Shown piece by piece: positions 20,940 through 31,146 of a DNA stretch of 39,143 nucleotides (position 1 is the first letter of the stretch; each line of letters starts with the position of its first letter). The DNA comes from an uncultured Alphaproteobacteria bacterium (GTDB taxonomy: Bacteria > Pseudomonadota > Alphaproteobacteria > GCA-002720895): contig CAZWXP010000118.1 in the NCBI GenBank assembly GCA_964637965.1, forward strand, positions 1 through 39,143, in the 5' to 3' direction. A program made the translations under genes and the position numbers. Below the pieces are notes generated by a model. The model saw only the letters and a list, made by a program, of their open reading frames with translations. It ran no database searches and was not told where the DNA came from.

Positions 20940-23900
20940 ATGAAAACATTTGTGCATTTGAGACAGTACTCCAATTATTCATTACTAGAGAGTTCATTTA
21001 GAATTAATGAAATAATCGATACATGTAAAAAAAATAGTATGCCTGCAGTTGCATTAACAGACAAACAAAATTTATTCGGAGCTTTTGAATTTTCATTAAA
21101 AGCTCAAAAAACTGGTATTCAGCCAATTTTGGGAATTGATTTAGAATTAGGTAAAATAGAACATTTAGAAACAACATCGAATATTTTATTATTAATAAAA
21201 AATTATGAAGGTTACAAAAATGTAATTAACTTAATGACAAAATATTTTAGTAATGAAGAAGAGAATTTGATAAATTTTAACGAACTTGAAAAAAATAAAG
21301 AGGGAATTATTTGTTTATAAGGAGGTATAAATGGTCAAATTGGAAAATCTATACTTACAAAAAATTATACTATTACAGAAAAAATACTTTTAAATTTAAA
21401 TTCTATATATAAAGACAATTTTTTTATTGAACTAAATAGATCTGGTTTTGATGATGAAAAAAGAACTGAAAATTTCTTTTTATCTACAGCTAATAGATTT
21501 AATATACCTATTGTTGCTACAAATAATAATTATTTCTCTAACACTAGTATGCACGAAGCTACAGACGCATTATGGTGTATAAAAAATATTGATAAATTAT
21601 CAAATCCTGAAAGAAAATTAATTTCAAAAGAATGCTATTTTAAATCATCTTCTGAAATGATTAAAAATTTCCAAGATATTCCTGAATCTATTGCAAATAC
21701 CTTATTAATTGCAAAAAAATGTTTGTTTATGCTTGAATCATCTAAGCCAAAATTACCAAAATTTCTTAATTCTATAGATGATGAAGAAAATGAGCTTTCT
21801 AATTTATCTTATCAAGGATTAAATAAAAAAATATTAGAAAGAAATAAGTACGGCAAAAAAATTGATCAAAAAAAATATGAAGAAAGATTAAATTACGAAA
21901 TAAATATTATAAAAAAAACTGGATATTCAGGATATTTTTTAATCGTTTCAGATTTTATTTCATGGGCAAAAGAAAAAAAAATTCCTGTCGGGCCAGGAAG
22001 AGGTTCAGGTGCAGGATCTTTAGTTGCATGGACATTAGGAATTACAGATCTTGATCCTATAAAGTACGATTTGCTTTTTGAAAGATTTTTAAATCCAGAC
22101 AGAGTAACACTTCCAGATTTCGATATTGATTTTTGCCAAGAAAAAAGGGACGAGGTTTTAAAATATGTAGTAAAAAAGTATGGAAAAAAAAAAGTATCAC
22201 AAATTATTACATTTGGTTCATTGCAATCTCGAAATGTTGTAAGAGATGTTGGAAGAGTTCTTCAACTCCCATATAGTCAAGTAGATAATATTGCTAAAAT
22301 GATCCCATATAATCCTGCTAACCCGATATCTTTAAATGATGCTATAAATAATGAAGCCAAAATTCTTAATTTAAAAAAAAACGATGACTCTATATCAAAA
22401 CTTTTAGACATTAGTCTTGAATTAGAAGGATTATATCGACATGCATCTACACACGCAGCAGGCATAGTTATTGGAGATCAAAATTTAGATGAAAAAATAC
22501 CTTTTTATAAAGATGACCCAAAAACCGGCCTACCTGTCACCCAATTTTCAATGAAATTTATTGAAATGGCTGGTTTAATAAAATTTGATTTTTTAGGTTT
22601 GAAAACATTAACAATCATTAATAAAGCATGTGAACTTATAAATAATAAAAAAAAAATTATCAATATTAATTCAATTTCTTTAAAAGATTCCAAAACATTC
22701 GATCTTTTAAAAAAGGGAAAAACTATCGGGTGTTTTCAACTTGAAAGCAAAGGAGTTAGAGAATATTTAAAAAAATTATCACCAGATAGATTTGAAGATA
22801 TTATAGCAATGATTTCATTGTATAGGCCAGGACCTATGGAATATATAGAAAACTATATTAATAGAAAACATGGTCATGAAGATATAATATATTTGCATCC
22901 AAAATTAGAATCTGTTCTTTCAGAAACTTATGGAATAACTATTTATCAAGAACAAGTAATGAAGATAGCTCAAGTAATCGCAGGTTTTTCTTTATCTCAG
23001 GCTGATACTTTAAGATGGGCAATAGGTAAAAGAAAAAAAACTTTAATGTCTTCTTTAAAAAAAGATTTTATTAATGGGTGTATAAAAAATAATGTAAAAG
23101 AATATCAGGCGGAATCTATATTTAAACAAGTCGAAACCTTTGCTGGTTATGGATTTAATAAATCTCATGCTGCTGGATATGCGCTGATTGCTTATCAAAC
23201 TGCTTTTCTTAAAGCTAATTATCCAGTTCAATTTATGACCGCATCTATAAATTATGAATTAAATAATACTGATAAAATAAATCGTTATTTAGATGACAGT
23301 AAAAGCATGGATATTAAAATATTAAAACCGAATATAAACTACTCCAGTACTCTTTTTACCATAGAATTAGATGATCAAAAAAAACAAGCAATTCGGTATG
23401 GTTTATCAGCACTTAAAAATGTTGGGACAACTAGCACATCAAATATTGTTAATGAAAGAAAAAAAAATGGTAATTATAAAAACATTGACGATTTTTGTAA
23501 TAGGCTTAATGATGAAAATATTAATATAAGACAATTAGAATTTTTAATTAAATCAGGTTCTTTTGATGATTTAGACAAAAATAGAGCAAAACTTTTTAAT
23601 AATATAAATAAAATAGTTCAAATAATTAGAGATAATGGAAAAAATGCTGATCAAAACAATTTATTCAAAAATGATTTAAATTCTCAAAATGTTATTAATT
23701 TAAATCTTATTGATAAAGAATGGAGTAAATCAACCAAACTAAACTTTGAATATGAGTCACTAGGATTTTATTTATCACAACACCCACTTAAAGATTTTAA
23801 TTTCTTTCTTAAAAAAAATAATTTCATGAAATATATCGATATAGATAGATTAATGATTAAAGCAAAAAATGAAGAAAAAAAATTTTTAAAAATTACCGCT

Positions 23901-24347
23901 TTACCTATTGATATGAAAGAAAGAACTTCAAAAAAAGGAAATAAATATGCATATATCCAATTCTCAGATACAACTGGAAATTTTGAAGCTATAATTTTTT
24001 CCGATTTATTAAAAACATCAGTAGAACTAATACAAAATCACGAATTATTATTATTAACTTTAGAAGCTTACAAAAAAGATAATAATGTAAGTTTAAGAGT
24101 ACAAGAAATACAAACTTTGAGACAATTTATTAATGAAAGTAACAAGAAAATAAAAATTTTAGCAAATGAAAATATTAATATAAATAAATTAAAAGATTAT
24201 TTAAACAAATATAAAGATAATTACGGCCCTGAAATAAATTTATTGGTAGATATTAATAAAAAATTAGTAAATATCTCTATTCCTGGAAATTTTGATTTCT
24301 TTAACATTATAAATAATAAAACGGAAGATATTAAATTTTTAAATTAA
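20940..24347 (+). pseudogene. dnaE: DNA polymerase III alpha subunit gene interrupted by one in-frame TAA at 21318-21320; it may be an intact gene with a base-call error
   Basis: PHP N-terminus (FVHLRQYSNYSLLES), then GPGRGSGAGSLVAW, PDFDIDF, HAAGIVI, FDFLGLKTLT, YQEQVMKIA and FAGYGFNKSHAAGYAL. ORFs 20940-21320 and 21549-24347 share a frame (offset 609 = 3 x 203), and the 228 nt between them have no further stop and stay colinear with DnaE. Confidence 0.92.
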
Positions 24348-24399
24348 TTTTCTTGTAATTACTCATTTTTATTATAAAACAATCAATTAATTAATTTTT

Positions 24400-25194
24400 A
24401 TGAATATAAATATTAAACTCAAAGATCTTATTGAAGCAGGTATGCACTTAGGACACAAAACTAATAAGTGGAATCCAAGTATGAATAAATATATATATGG
24501 ATCTCAAGATAATATTCATATTATAGATTTAAGAAAAACTTTCACTTTGTTAAACAATGCTTTATCTTTTATTGAAAATACTATAAAGAATAAAGGTTTA
24601 ATACTCTTTATTGGTACCAAATCACAAGCAAGCGACATTGTAAAAAAATACGCGATAGAATGTAGCCAATTTTATGTTAATAAAAGATGGCTTGGAGGAA
24701 TGTTAACTAATTGGAATACAATTTCAAATTCTTTAAATTCATTGAACTCTCTTAATAAAAAAATATCAAATGAAAACCTCCGACTTAAGAAGAAGGAAAT
24801 TTTACAAATGAATAGACAAATTGAAAAGATTGAAAAATATTTAGGCGGCTTAAAAGACATGGGAAGTCTGCCACACGCAATATTTGTTGTGGATGTTAAT
24901 AAAGACGCTATAGCTGTATCAGAAGCAAATAAATTAAAAATTCCAGTAATAGGTATTCTAGATACTAACTCATCTCCAATTGGAATAAATTATCCAATTC
25001 CGGGGAACGATGATTCTAGAAAATCAATTGATTTAATTTGTTCTTTAATATCCAAAACAGTTTTAAAAAATAAAAAGAAAATAGATTTTAAAGAAGATAA
25101 AGAAAGTGTAGAAAAAAAGAATTTAATTACAAAAATACCAAAAAAGGAAGAAGTCAAAAAAGAATTAAAAAAAAAGAAAAAAAAAAATAAATGA
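24400..25194 (+). CDS. rpsB: 30S ribosomal protein S2, with a Lys-rich C-terminal tail
   Basis: Contains GMHLGHKTNKWNPSMNKYIYG, RWLGGMLTNW and IPVIGILDTNSSP. The tail ends in KKELKKKKKKNK. It has an ATGA overlap with tsf. Confidence 0.96.
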   Translation: MNINIKLKDLIEAGMHLGHKTNKWNPSMNKYIYGSQDNIHIIDLRKTFTLLNNALSFIENTIKNKGLILFIGTKSQASDIVKKYAIECSQFYVNKRWLGGMLTNWNTISNSLNSLNSLNKKISNENLRLKKKEILQMNRQIEKIEKYLGGLKDMGSLPHAIFVVDVNKDAIAVSEANKLKIPVIGILDTNSSPIGINYPIPGNDDSRKSIDLICSLISKTVLKNKKKIDFKEDKESVEKKNLITKIPKKEEVKKELKKKKKKNK

Positions 25195-26072
25195 GTAAAA
25201 TTTCTACAAGTGATATCAAAAAATTAAGAGATCTCACTGGAGCAGGTTATCTGGATTGTAAAACAGCTTTAGTAGAATCAGACACAGATATTGATAAAGC
25301 TATAGAATTTTTAAGAAAAAAAGGAATATCTACAGCGGAAAAAAAAGGTGAAAGAACAGCTAGTGAAGGATTGGTAGCAATTTCTAAAAATAAATTAAAT
25401 AAAGAAGCAGGAATAATTGAAATAAATTCTGAAACTGATTTTGTTGCTAGAAATAATGATTTTCAATCTTTTGTAACAAATATTTCAAAAATTAATTTAG
25501 AACAAAAGGGTGACTTAGATAAGGTGACTAAATCTCAGTATGTTGACACAAAGGATAATGTTTCCGAGGCACTAACAAATTTAATTTCAAAAATTGGTGA
25601 AAATCTAACAATTAGAAGAAGCGAATACATTCATAGTGAAGACGGTTTCGTTGGCACATATGTACATAATATTGAAAAAGATAATATGGGAAAAATAGGC
25701 GTTTTGATGTCTGTTAAAACAAACATTGATTATTCTAAAATTAATGATTTTTTAAAAAAAATATCTATGCATGTAGCAGCAACCAACCCAATCTCTATTA
25801 CTTCGACTGATATAGATCAGAATATAATAAATAAAGAAAAAGAATTTCAGCTTGAAGAAATAAAAAAAACAGGAAAAGATGAGATTATTCAAAAAAAAAT
25901 GCTTGAAGGAAAAATGAATAAATATTTTAACGAAGTAGTTTTATTGGAACAAAATTATGTTGTTGATGATAGTATAAAAATAAAACAATTTATTCAGAAT
26001 ACCGCTAAAGAACTTAATGGTTCTATAGAAATAAAAAAATTTGTTCGATTTAAAGTTGGTGAAGGAATATAA
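25191..26072 (+). CDS. tsf: Elongation factor Ts
   Basis: N-terminal UBA-like LRDLTGAGYLDCKTALVESDTDIDKAIEFLRKKG and EINSETDFVARN. It lies downstream of rpsB. Confidence 0.96.
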   Translation: MSKISTSDIKKLRDLTGAGYLDCKTALVESDTDIDKAIEFLRKKGISTAEKKGERTASEGLVAISKNKLNKEAGIIEINSETDFVARNNDFQSFVTNISKINLEQKGDLDKVTKSQYVDTKDNVSEALTNLISKIGENLTIRRSEYIHSEDGFVGTYVHNIEKDNMGKIGVLMSVKTNIDYSKINDFLKKISMHVAATNPISITSTDIDQNIINKEKEFQLEEIKKTGKDEIIQKKMLEGKMNKYFNEVVLLEQNYVVDDSIKIKQFIQNTAKELNGSIEIKKFVRFKVGEGI

Positions 26073-26099
26073 ATAAAATTCAATAATATTTAAGATCTT

Positions 26100-26816
26100 A
26101 TGATTAGTAAAATCAAATATAAAAGAGTTTTACTAAAATTGTCTGGCGAAGCATTACTAGGGACTAATCTGCATGGAATTGATGAAAAAGTTGTTACTTT
26201 TTTAGCTAATGAAATAAAAAAAGTATATAAAAAAAATATCCAAATAAGTTTGGTTATTGGCGGTGGAAATATTTTTCGAGGAACAGATGCAATATCTGTA
26301 GGTATTGAAAGAACTACTGCTGATTATATGGGTATGTTAGGAACATTAATTAACGCACTTGCTATACAAAATGCACTAGAAAAAAACTCGATACCAACTA
26401 GAGTTTTATCTTCAATACCTGTTCCTGCTGTCTGTGAATCATATATTAGAAGAAAAGCAATAAATCATTTAGAAAAAAATAAAGTTGTTATATTTGCTGC
26501 AGGAACTGGCAATCCTTATTTTACTACTGATACAGCAGCAGCATTAAGAGCTTCTGAAATATCAGCAAATGTTATTTTAAAAGCAACTAATGTAGATGGA
26601 GTCTATACATCCGATCCAAAAAAAAATAAAAAAGCTCAAAGATTTAAAACTATTAAATATTCTGATATTCTTGCGAAAAATCTAAAGATAATGGATGGAT
26701 CTGCTATAGCATTAGCTAGAGATAATAATATTCCAATAATAGTTTTTCCAATTAATAAGAAAAATGCCTTTTTAAATGCTATATTCAATAGAGGAAAATA
26801 TACAATAATAAAGTAG
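26100..26816 (+). CDS. pyrH: UMP kinase
   Basis: Contains KRVLLKLSGEAL, VIGGGNIFRG, DYMGMLGTLINALA, FAAGTGNPYFTTDTAAALRA and KATNVDGVYTSDP. Confidence 0.96.
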   Translation: MISKIKYKRVLLKLSGEALLGTNLHGIDEKVVTFLANEIKKVYKKNIQISLVIGGGNIFRGTDAISVGIERTTADYMGMLGTLINALAIQNALEKNSIPTRVLSSIPVPAVCESYIRRKAINHLEKNKVVIFAAGTGNPYFTTDTAAALRASEISANVILKATNVDGVYTSDPKKNKKAQRFKTIKYSDILAKNLKIMDGSAIALARDNNIPIIVFPINKKNAFLNAIFNRGKYTIIK

Positions 26817-26821
26817 TTAAC

Positions 26822-27376
26822 ATGCCAATATCTATTGATGAATATAAAAATAAAATGGAAAATACTTTAAAAATTTTTCATGATGAATTAAACAGACTAA
26901 GAACTGGTAGAGCTACACCATCACTTTTAGAGCCATTATTTGTAGATGCATATAACTCAAAAATGAAAATATCTGAATTAGCTACAGTTAATGCGCCAGA
27001 ACCTAAATTATTAACAGTTCAAGTTTGGGATAAATCAATGGTTCAGAATATTGAAAAGTCTATACGAGATTCGGAATTAGGTTTAAATCCAAGCACAGAT
27101 GGTCAAATAATAAGAGTCCCATTACCAGATTTAACCGAAGATAGAAGATTAGAATTAACTAAAGTCGCATCTAAATTTTCTGAAGATGCAAAAATTTCTA
27201 TTAGGAATATTAGAAGGGATGCTATGGATAAAATTAAAGAAGAGGAAAAAAATAATTTAATTTCGGAAGATGAGCAAAAGTCGCTTTCAGATGATATTCA
27301 AAAAATTACAGACGAAAAAATAAAAGATATAGAGGATGTTTTCGAAGATAAAAAAAAAGAAATAATGCAAATTTAA
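26822..27376 (+). CDS. frr: Ribosome recycling factor
   Basis: 184 aa with LRTGRATPSLLE, IRVPLPDLTEDRR and IRNIRRDA. It lies between pyrH and uppS. Confidence 0.96.
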   Translation: MPISIDEYKNKMENTLKIFHDELNRLRTGRATPSLLEPLFVDAYNSKMKISELATVNAPEPKLLTVQVWDKSMVQNIEKSIRDSELGLNPSTDGQIIRVPLPDLTEDRRLELTKVASKFSEDAKISIRNIRRDAMDKIKEEEKNNLISEDEQKSLSDDIQKITDEKIKDIEDVFEDKKKEIMQI

Positions 27377-28080
27377 TGTCGAAACTAAAATTAATCACAC
27401 CACAACATGTTGCAATTATTATGGATGGTAATAATAGATGGACAAAGAAACATAAATTAAAAGGTTTTGTAGGTCATGAAAAAGGTATAGATTCAATTCA
27501 AAATGCTGTTGACACAGCTAAATTATTTAATATTAAATATTTAACTCTTTTTAGTTTTTCATCTGAAAATTGGTCAAGGCCAAAAAAAGAAGTTAATTTT
27601 CTTATGAAACTATTACGAAAATATTTATCTGAAAAAATAAACAAATTAATTAAAGATAATATTTCTATTAAAATGATAGGTGACAAAAAAAAATTGCCCA
27701 AGGATATTGTTAAAAAAATTGATGAATATGAAAAAATGACTTCTAAAAACAAAGGCCTAAATTTAATTTTCGCTTTAAATTATGGAAGTAGAAATGAAAT
27801 TTTACATTCATTAAAAATGATAATTAACAAATTTAAAAAAAAAAAATTTTTAATTAATGAAGAAATAATTTCATCAAATTTATTTACAAGCAAAATTCCT
27901 GATCCAGATTTACTTATTAGAACAAGTGGAGAAAAAAGATTAAGTAACTTTTTATTATGGCAATTAGCATATACTGAGTTAGTTTTTTTAGATGTTTTAT
28001 GGCCTGATTTTAAAAAAAAACATTTTGTCGCAGCGTTAAATCAATATTCTAAAAGGCTAAGAAGATATGGGTCCAGATAA
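27376..28080 (+). CDS. uppS: Ditrans,polycis-undecaprenyl-diphosphate synthase
   Basis: Contains [26 protein letters not shown] and [24 protein letters not shown]. It has a one-base TAATG overlap with frr. Confidence 0.95.
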   Translation: MSKLKLITPQHVAIIMDGNNRWTKKHKLKGFVGHEKGIDSIQNAVDTAKLFNIKYLTLFSFSSENWSRPKKEVNFLMKLLRKYLSEKINKLIKDNISIKMIGDKKKLPKDIVKKIDEYEKMTSKNKGLNLIFALNYGSRNEILHSLKMIINKFKKKKFLINEEIISSNLFTSKIPDPDLLIRTSGEKRLSNFLLWQLAYTELVFLDVLWPDFKKKHFVAALNQYSKRLRRYGSR

Positions 28081-28882
28081 TTTTATAAAAATTGAAGATA
28101 ATACGTTAAAGAGACTATTTTCAGCATTATTTTTAATTCCTGTTTATGTATTATCCATTATATCTAACAGCTACATATCAGTTTTTATTATTCTTTTAAC
28201 AGCATTAATTTTATCTTTTGAATGGTTTGGAATAACTCAAAATAATACATATAAAGAAAAAAAGAATTTAATTTTGTTCTATTTAATTATTTTTCTTAAT
28301 ATTATTCTTTCAATTTTTACAAATTTCTTTTTTTCTATATATCTAACAATTATTTTTTCTACATTAATATTTCTAAGTTTTTCTTTAAAAAAAAATAATT
28401 TTAAAAATTTAACTTGGCTATTTTATGGTTTTATTTATATATCCGTACCTTTAATAATTTTTTTTAAAATTAAAGAAAATGTATATGGAATACAAATTCT
28501 TTTATGGCTATTCCTTATAATTTGCTCGACAGATATTTTTTCTTACATAATTGGCAATATAATTAAGGGGCCAAAAATTTTTCCTAATTTAAGCCCGTAT
28601 AAAACTTATTCCGGAACTATATTTGGATTAATTATAGGATCTTTCTTAGGTGTAATCTTTTCATTTATTTATTTGAATGCAGATATTAAATATTTAATTT
28701 TTTTTTCAATATTAATTTCATTATCAGGATTATTAGGAGACTTGTTTATATCAAAAATTAAAAGAAATTTTAAAATTAAAGATTCAAGTAAAATAATACC
28801 AGGCCATGGAGGGTTTTTAGATAGATATGACTCTATTAGTTTTGGCTTAATTGCATTATTTTTTATACAATATTTTCTTTAA
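28067..28882 (+). CDS. cdsA: Phosphatidate cytidylyltransferase
   Basis: Polytopic membrane protein with SPYKTYSG and the CdsA signature [25 protein letters not shown]. The exact start is uncertain; the ORF's first ATG overlaps the uppS 3' end by 14 nt. Confidence 0.9.
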   Translation: MGPDNFIKIEDNTLKRLFSALFLIPVYVLSIISNSYISVFIILLTALILSFEWFGITQNNTYKEKKNLILFYLIIFLNIILSIFTNFFFSIYLTIIFSTLIFLSFSLKKNNFKNLTWLFYGFIYISVPLIIFFKIKENVYGIQILLWLFLIICSTDIFSYIIGNIIKGPKIFPNLSPYKTYSGTIFGLIIGSFLGVIFSFIYLNADIKYLIFFSILISLSGLLGDLFISKIKRNFKIKDSSKIIPGHGGFLDRYDSISFGLIALFFIQYFL

Positions 28883-28896
28883 TATTATTTAATAAT

Positions 28897-30063
28897 ATGC
28901 CTTTAAAAACGATTTCAATTCTTGGATCTACAGGCTCTATTGGATCAAATACAGTTGATATAATAAATAAAAATAGAACTAAATTTTCAACATACTCATT
29001 ATCATCAAAAAATAATGTAAGTTTATTATCTAAACAATCTATTTTATTAAAACCAAAGATTGTGGCTATACAAAATAAAGAAAAATACAAAGATTTAAAA
29101 AATAATTTATTTGGTAAAAAAATAAAAGTTGTTGCTGGAGATGATGGAATAAGTGAATGTACTAACAAAAAAGTTGATATTGTAGTTGCATCAATAGTTG
29201 GTATAGCTGGATTAAAGCCTACTTTAAATTCTATAAAAAATTGTTCTAAATTATGTTTAGCAAATAAGGAATGCTTGGTTTCCGCTGGAAGTTTTTTTAT
29301 GAAACAAATATCTAAATCTAAATGTAAACTTTTACCTTTAGATTCTGAACATAATGCCATTTTTCAATTAAATGATTTTAATAAACCAAATAATGTAGAA
29401 TCTATCACACTTACTGCTTCTGGTGGACCATTTAGAAGATATAATTTACAAAAATTAAGAAAAGTAACTTTAAAAGATGCTTTAAAGCATCCTAATTGGA
29501 AAATGGGAAACAAAATTACAATAGACTCAGCGACACTTATGAATAAAGCTTTTGAAATAATTGAAGCTTATTATTTATTTAATTTACAAATAAACCAAAT
29601 AAAAGTTGTGGTTCATCCTGAATCAATTATTCATAGCATGGTTAATTTTTCTGATGGATCTACATCGGCACTTTTAAGCGATCATGATATGAGAATACCC
29701 ATTTTTTATGCGTTAAATTGGCCTTCAAGAGAATATTATAAAATAAAAAGAATAGATTTATTAAAAATAAAAAAATTTACATTTGAAAAACCCAATATTC
29801 ATTCGATTCAATCTATAAATCTTGCATATTATGTATTAAAAAAAGGAGGATCTTTTCCTTTAATATTTAATACTTCAAATGAGGTAGCTGTAAATTTTTT
29901 CTTAGAAAAAAAAATTCATTTTTTAGATATTATTAATATTGTAAAAAAAATGTTGTCTATCTCAAAAAATTATAAAATTAATACAATAAATGATATCTAC
30001 AATATTGATAAAGAAGTTAGAATTTTAACAAATGAATATATAAATAAAAAATGGAAATTTTAA
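28897..30063 (+). CDS. dxr: 1-deoxy-D-xylulose 5-phosphate reductoisomerase
   Basis: Contains ILGSTGSIGSNT, LANKECLV, PLDSEHNAIFQ, LTASGGPFR and HPNWKMGNKITIDSATLMNK. Confidence 0.96.
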   Translation: MPLKTISILGSTGSIGSNTVDIINKNRTKFSTYSLSSKNNVSLLSKQSILLKPKIVAIQNKEKYKDLKNNLFGKKIKVVAGDDGISECTNKKVDIVVASIVGIAGLKPTLNSIKNCSKLCLANKECLVSAGSFFMKQISKSKCKLLPLDSEHNAIFQLNDFNKPNNVESITLTASGGPFRRYNLQKLRKVTLKDALKHPNWKMGNKITIDSATLMNKAFEIIEAYYLFNLQINQIKVVVHPESIIHSMVNFSDGSTSALLSDHDMRIPIFYALNWPSREYYKIKRIDLLKIKKFTFEKPNIHSIQSINLAYYVLKKGGSFPLIFNTSNEVAVNFFLEKKIHFLDIINIVKKMLSISKNYKINTINDIYNIDKEVRILTNEYINKKWKF

Positions 30064-31133
30064 GTAATTTTATATTTTATTTTTCATCCTTCTTAATTGT
30101 TTTGTCAATTATTGTCTTTGTTCATGAATTTGGGCATTATTATATTGCAATACTAAACAAAGTTAAAGTTGAGACCTTTTCTATTGGTTTTGGTAAAGAA
30201 ATCTTTGGATGGAATGATAAAAGAGGAACACGTTGGAAAATAAGCTTATTACCCTTTGGTGGTTATGTAAAGATGTTTGGGGAAGATGAAAAAAATGATA
30301 TTCCTCCTAAATTAAAAAAATATGCATTTAGTAAAAAAAAAATATATCAGAAATTTTTAATTGTTTTAGCTGGCCCTTTAGCAAATTTTATTTTTGGAAT
30401 TATAGGTTTTGCTCTAATTTACACATTTATTGGGAAAACATTTATTCCTCCCATTATTAATGAAATAGAAAATAATAGCCCAGCTCATATCTCAGGTTTA
30501 ATTAAAGATGACAAAATAGTTAGAATTGATAACAGAAAAATAAAAAATTTCAACGATATAGGCACATCAATAAATTTGTACAGAAATGATACCTATAATT
30601 TTGAAATTTTAAGAGATAAAAAAACAATTAATACAAATATCAAGCCAGTTATTATTATAGGAAATTTTTATGGTCAAGACAGAGAAGTTGCAAAGATTGG
30701 TATTAGTTCTTATGAACCTATAATAAAGAAACACCCGTTTTATGAGTCTTTATATTTAGGCACTCAAGTAACTTATGAAATATGCGCATTAACAATGGGA
30801 GCTCTTTATCAAATGATAATTGGCAAAGGTAATGTTGACGATTTGGGAGGGCCTGTTAAAATCGCTCATTTTTCCGGAAAAATGTTAGAACAAGGGTTTA
30901 TGTCTTTTATAAATCTTATAATATTATTATCAATAAGCATTGGTTTAATTAATTTATTTCCTATACCAATGTTAGATGGTGGACATTTAGTTTTATATAT
31001 TGTTGAAATTGTAATTGGCAAACCTATTAATAAAAATGTTCAAGAGAAAATTTACAAAATTGGGTTTGCCATTATTATTTCATTGGCTGTATTTTTGACT
31101 TATAATGATATTATAAATTTATTTAAGTTTTAA
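30051..31133 (+). CDS. rseP: RIP metalloprotease RseP (site-2 protease family M50)
   Basis: HEFGHY zinc motif in the first TM helix, a PDZ-like middle region, and NLFPIPMLDGGHL near the C-terminus. Confidence 0.92.
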   Translation: MEILSNFIFYFSSFLIVLSIIVFVHEFGHYYIAILNKVKVETFSIGFGKEIFGWNDKRGTRWKISLLPFGGYVKMFGEDEKNDIPPKLKKYAFSKKKIYQKFLIVLAGPLANFIFGIIGFALIYTFIGKTFIPPIINEIENNSPAHISGLIKDDKIVRIDNRKIKNFNDIGTSINLYRNDTYNFEILRDKKTINTNIKPVIIIGNFYGQDREVAKIGISSYEPIIKKHPFYESLYLGTQVTYEICALTMGALYQMIIGKGNVDDLGGPVKIAHFSGKMLEQGFMSFINLIILLSISIGLINLFPIPMLDGGHLVLYIVEIVIGKPINKNVQEKIYKIGFAIIISLAVFLTYNDIINLFKF

Positions 31134-31146
31134 CATAACTAAAAAA

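Noticed and set aside
16578-21320. Possibility that TAA is reassigned to a sense codon, or that this lineage uses a variant genetic code, which would explain both internal stops.
   Set aside because: Most genes in the window end with TAA exactly where their homologues end (nuoB, C, D, E, F, H-M, proS, lolC, lolD, dnaE, tsf, pyrH, frr and others). The two internal TAAs also replace different residues (Glu and Ser). Reassignment does not fit.
21319-21393. A perfect Shine-Dalgarno-like AAGGAGGT (21319-21326) overlaps the dnaE internal stop and is followed by ATG at 21331. This could be a restart site rescuing a split DnaE or a frameshift stimulator.
   Set aside because: The ATG is out of frame with dnaE and opens only a 20-codon ORF ending at 21393. 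The GGAGGT is simply the conserved Gly-Gly pair (GGA GGT, the preferred Gly codons here), and the same hexamer occurs in nuoF and nuoG. No plausible in-frame start lies at a proper spacing.
24727-24753. A tandem peptide repeat (Asn-Ser-Leu) x3 inside rpsB.
   Set aside because: It is nine codons long, and each unit uses different synonymous codons (AAT TCT TTA / AAT TCA TTG / AAC TCT CTT), so it is not a DNA-level repeat. It lies in a variable loop of S2.
28863-29360. A 165-aa ORF antisense to dxr, surprisingly long for such AT-rich DNA.
   Set aside because: It lies entirely inside the well-conserved dxr coding region. It has no recognisable motif, no start context of its own and a low-complexity hydrophobic composition. 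It is a shadow ORF of the sense frame.
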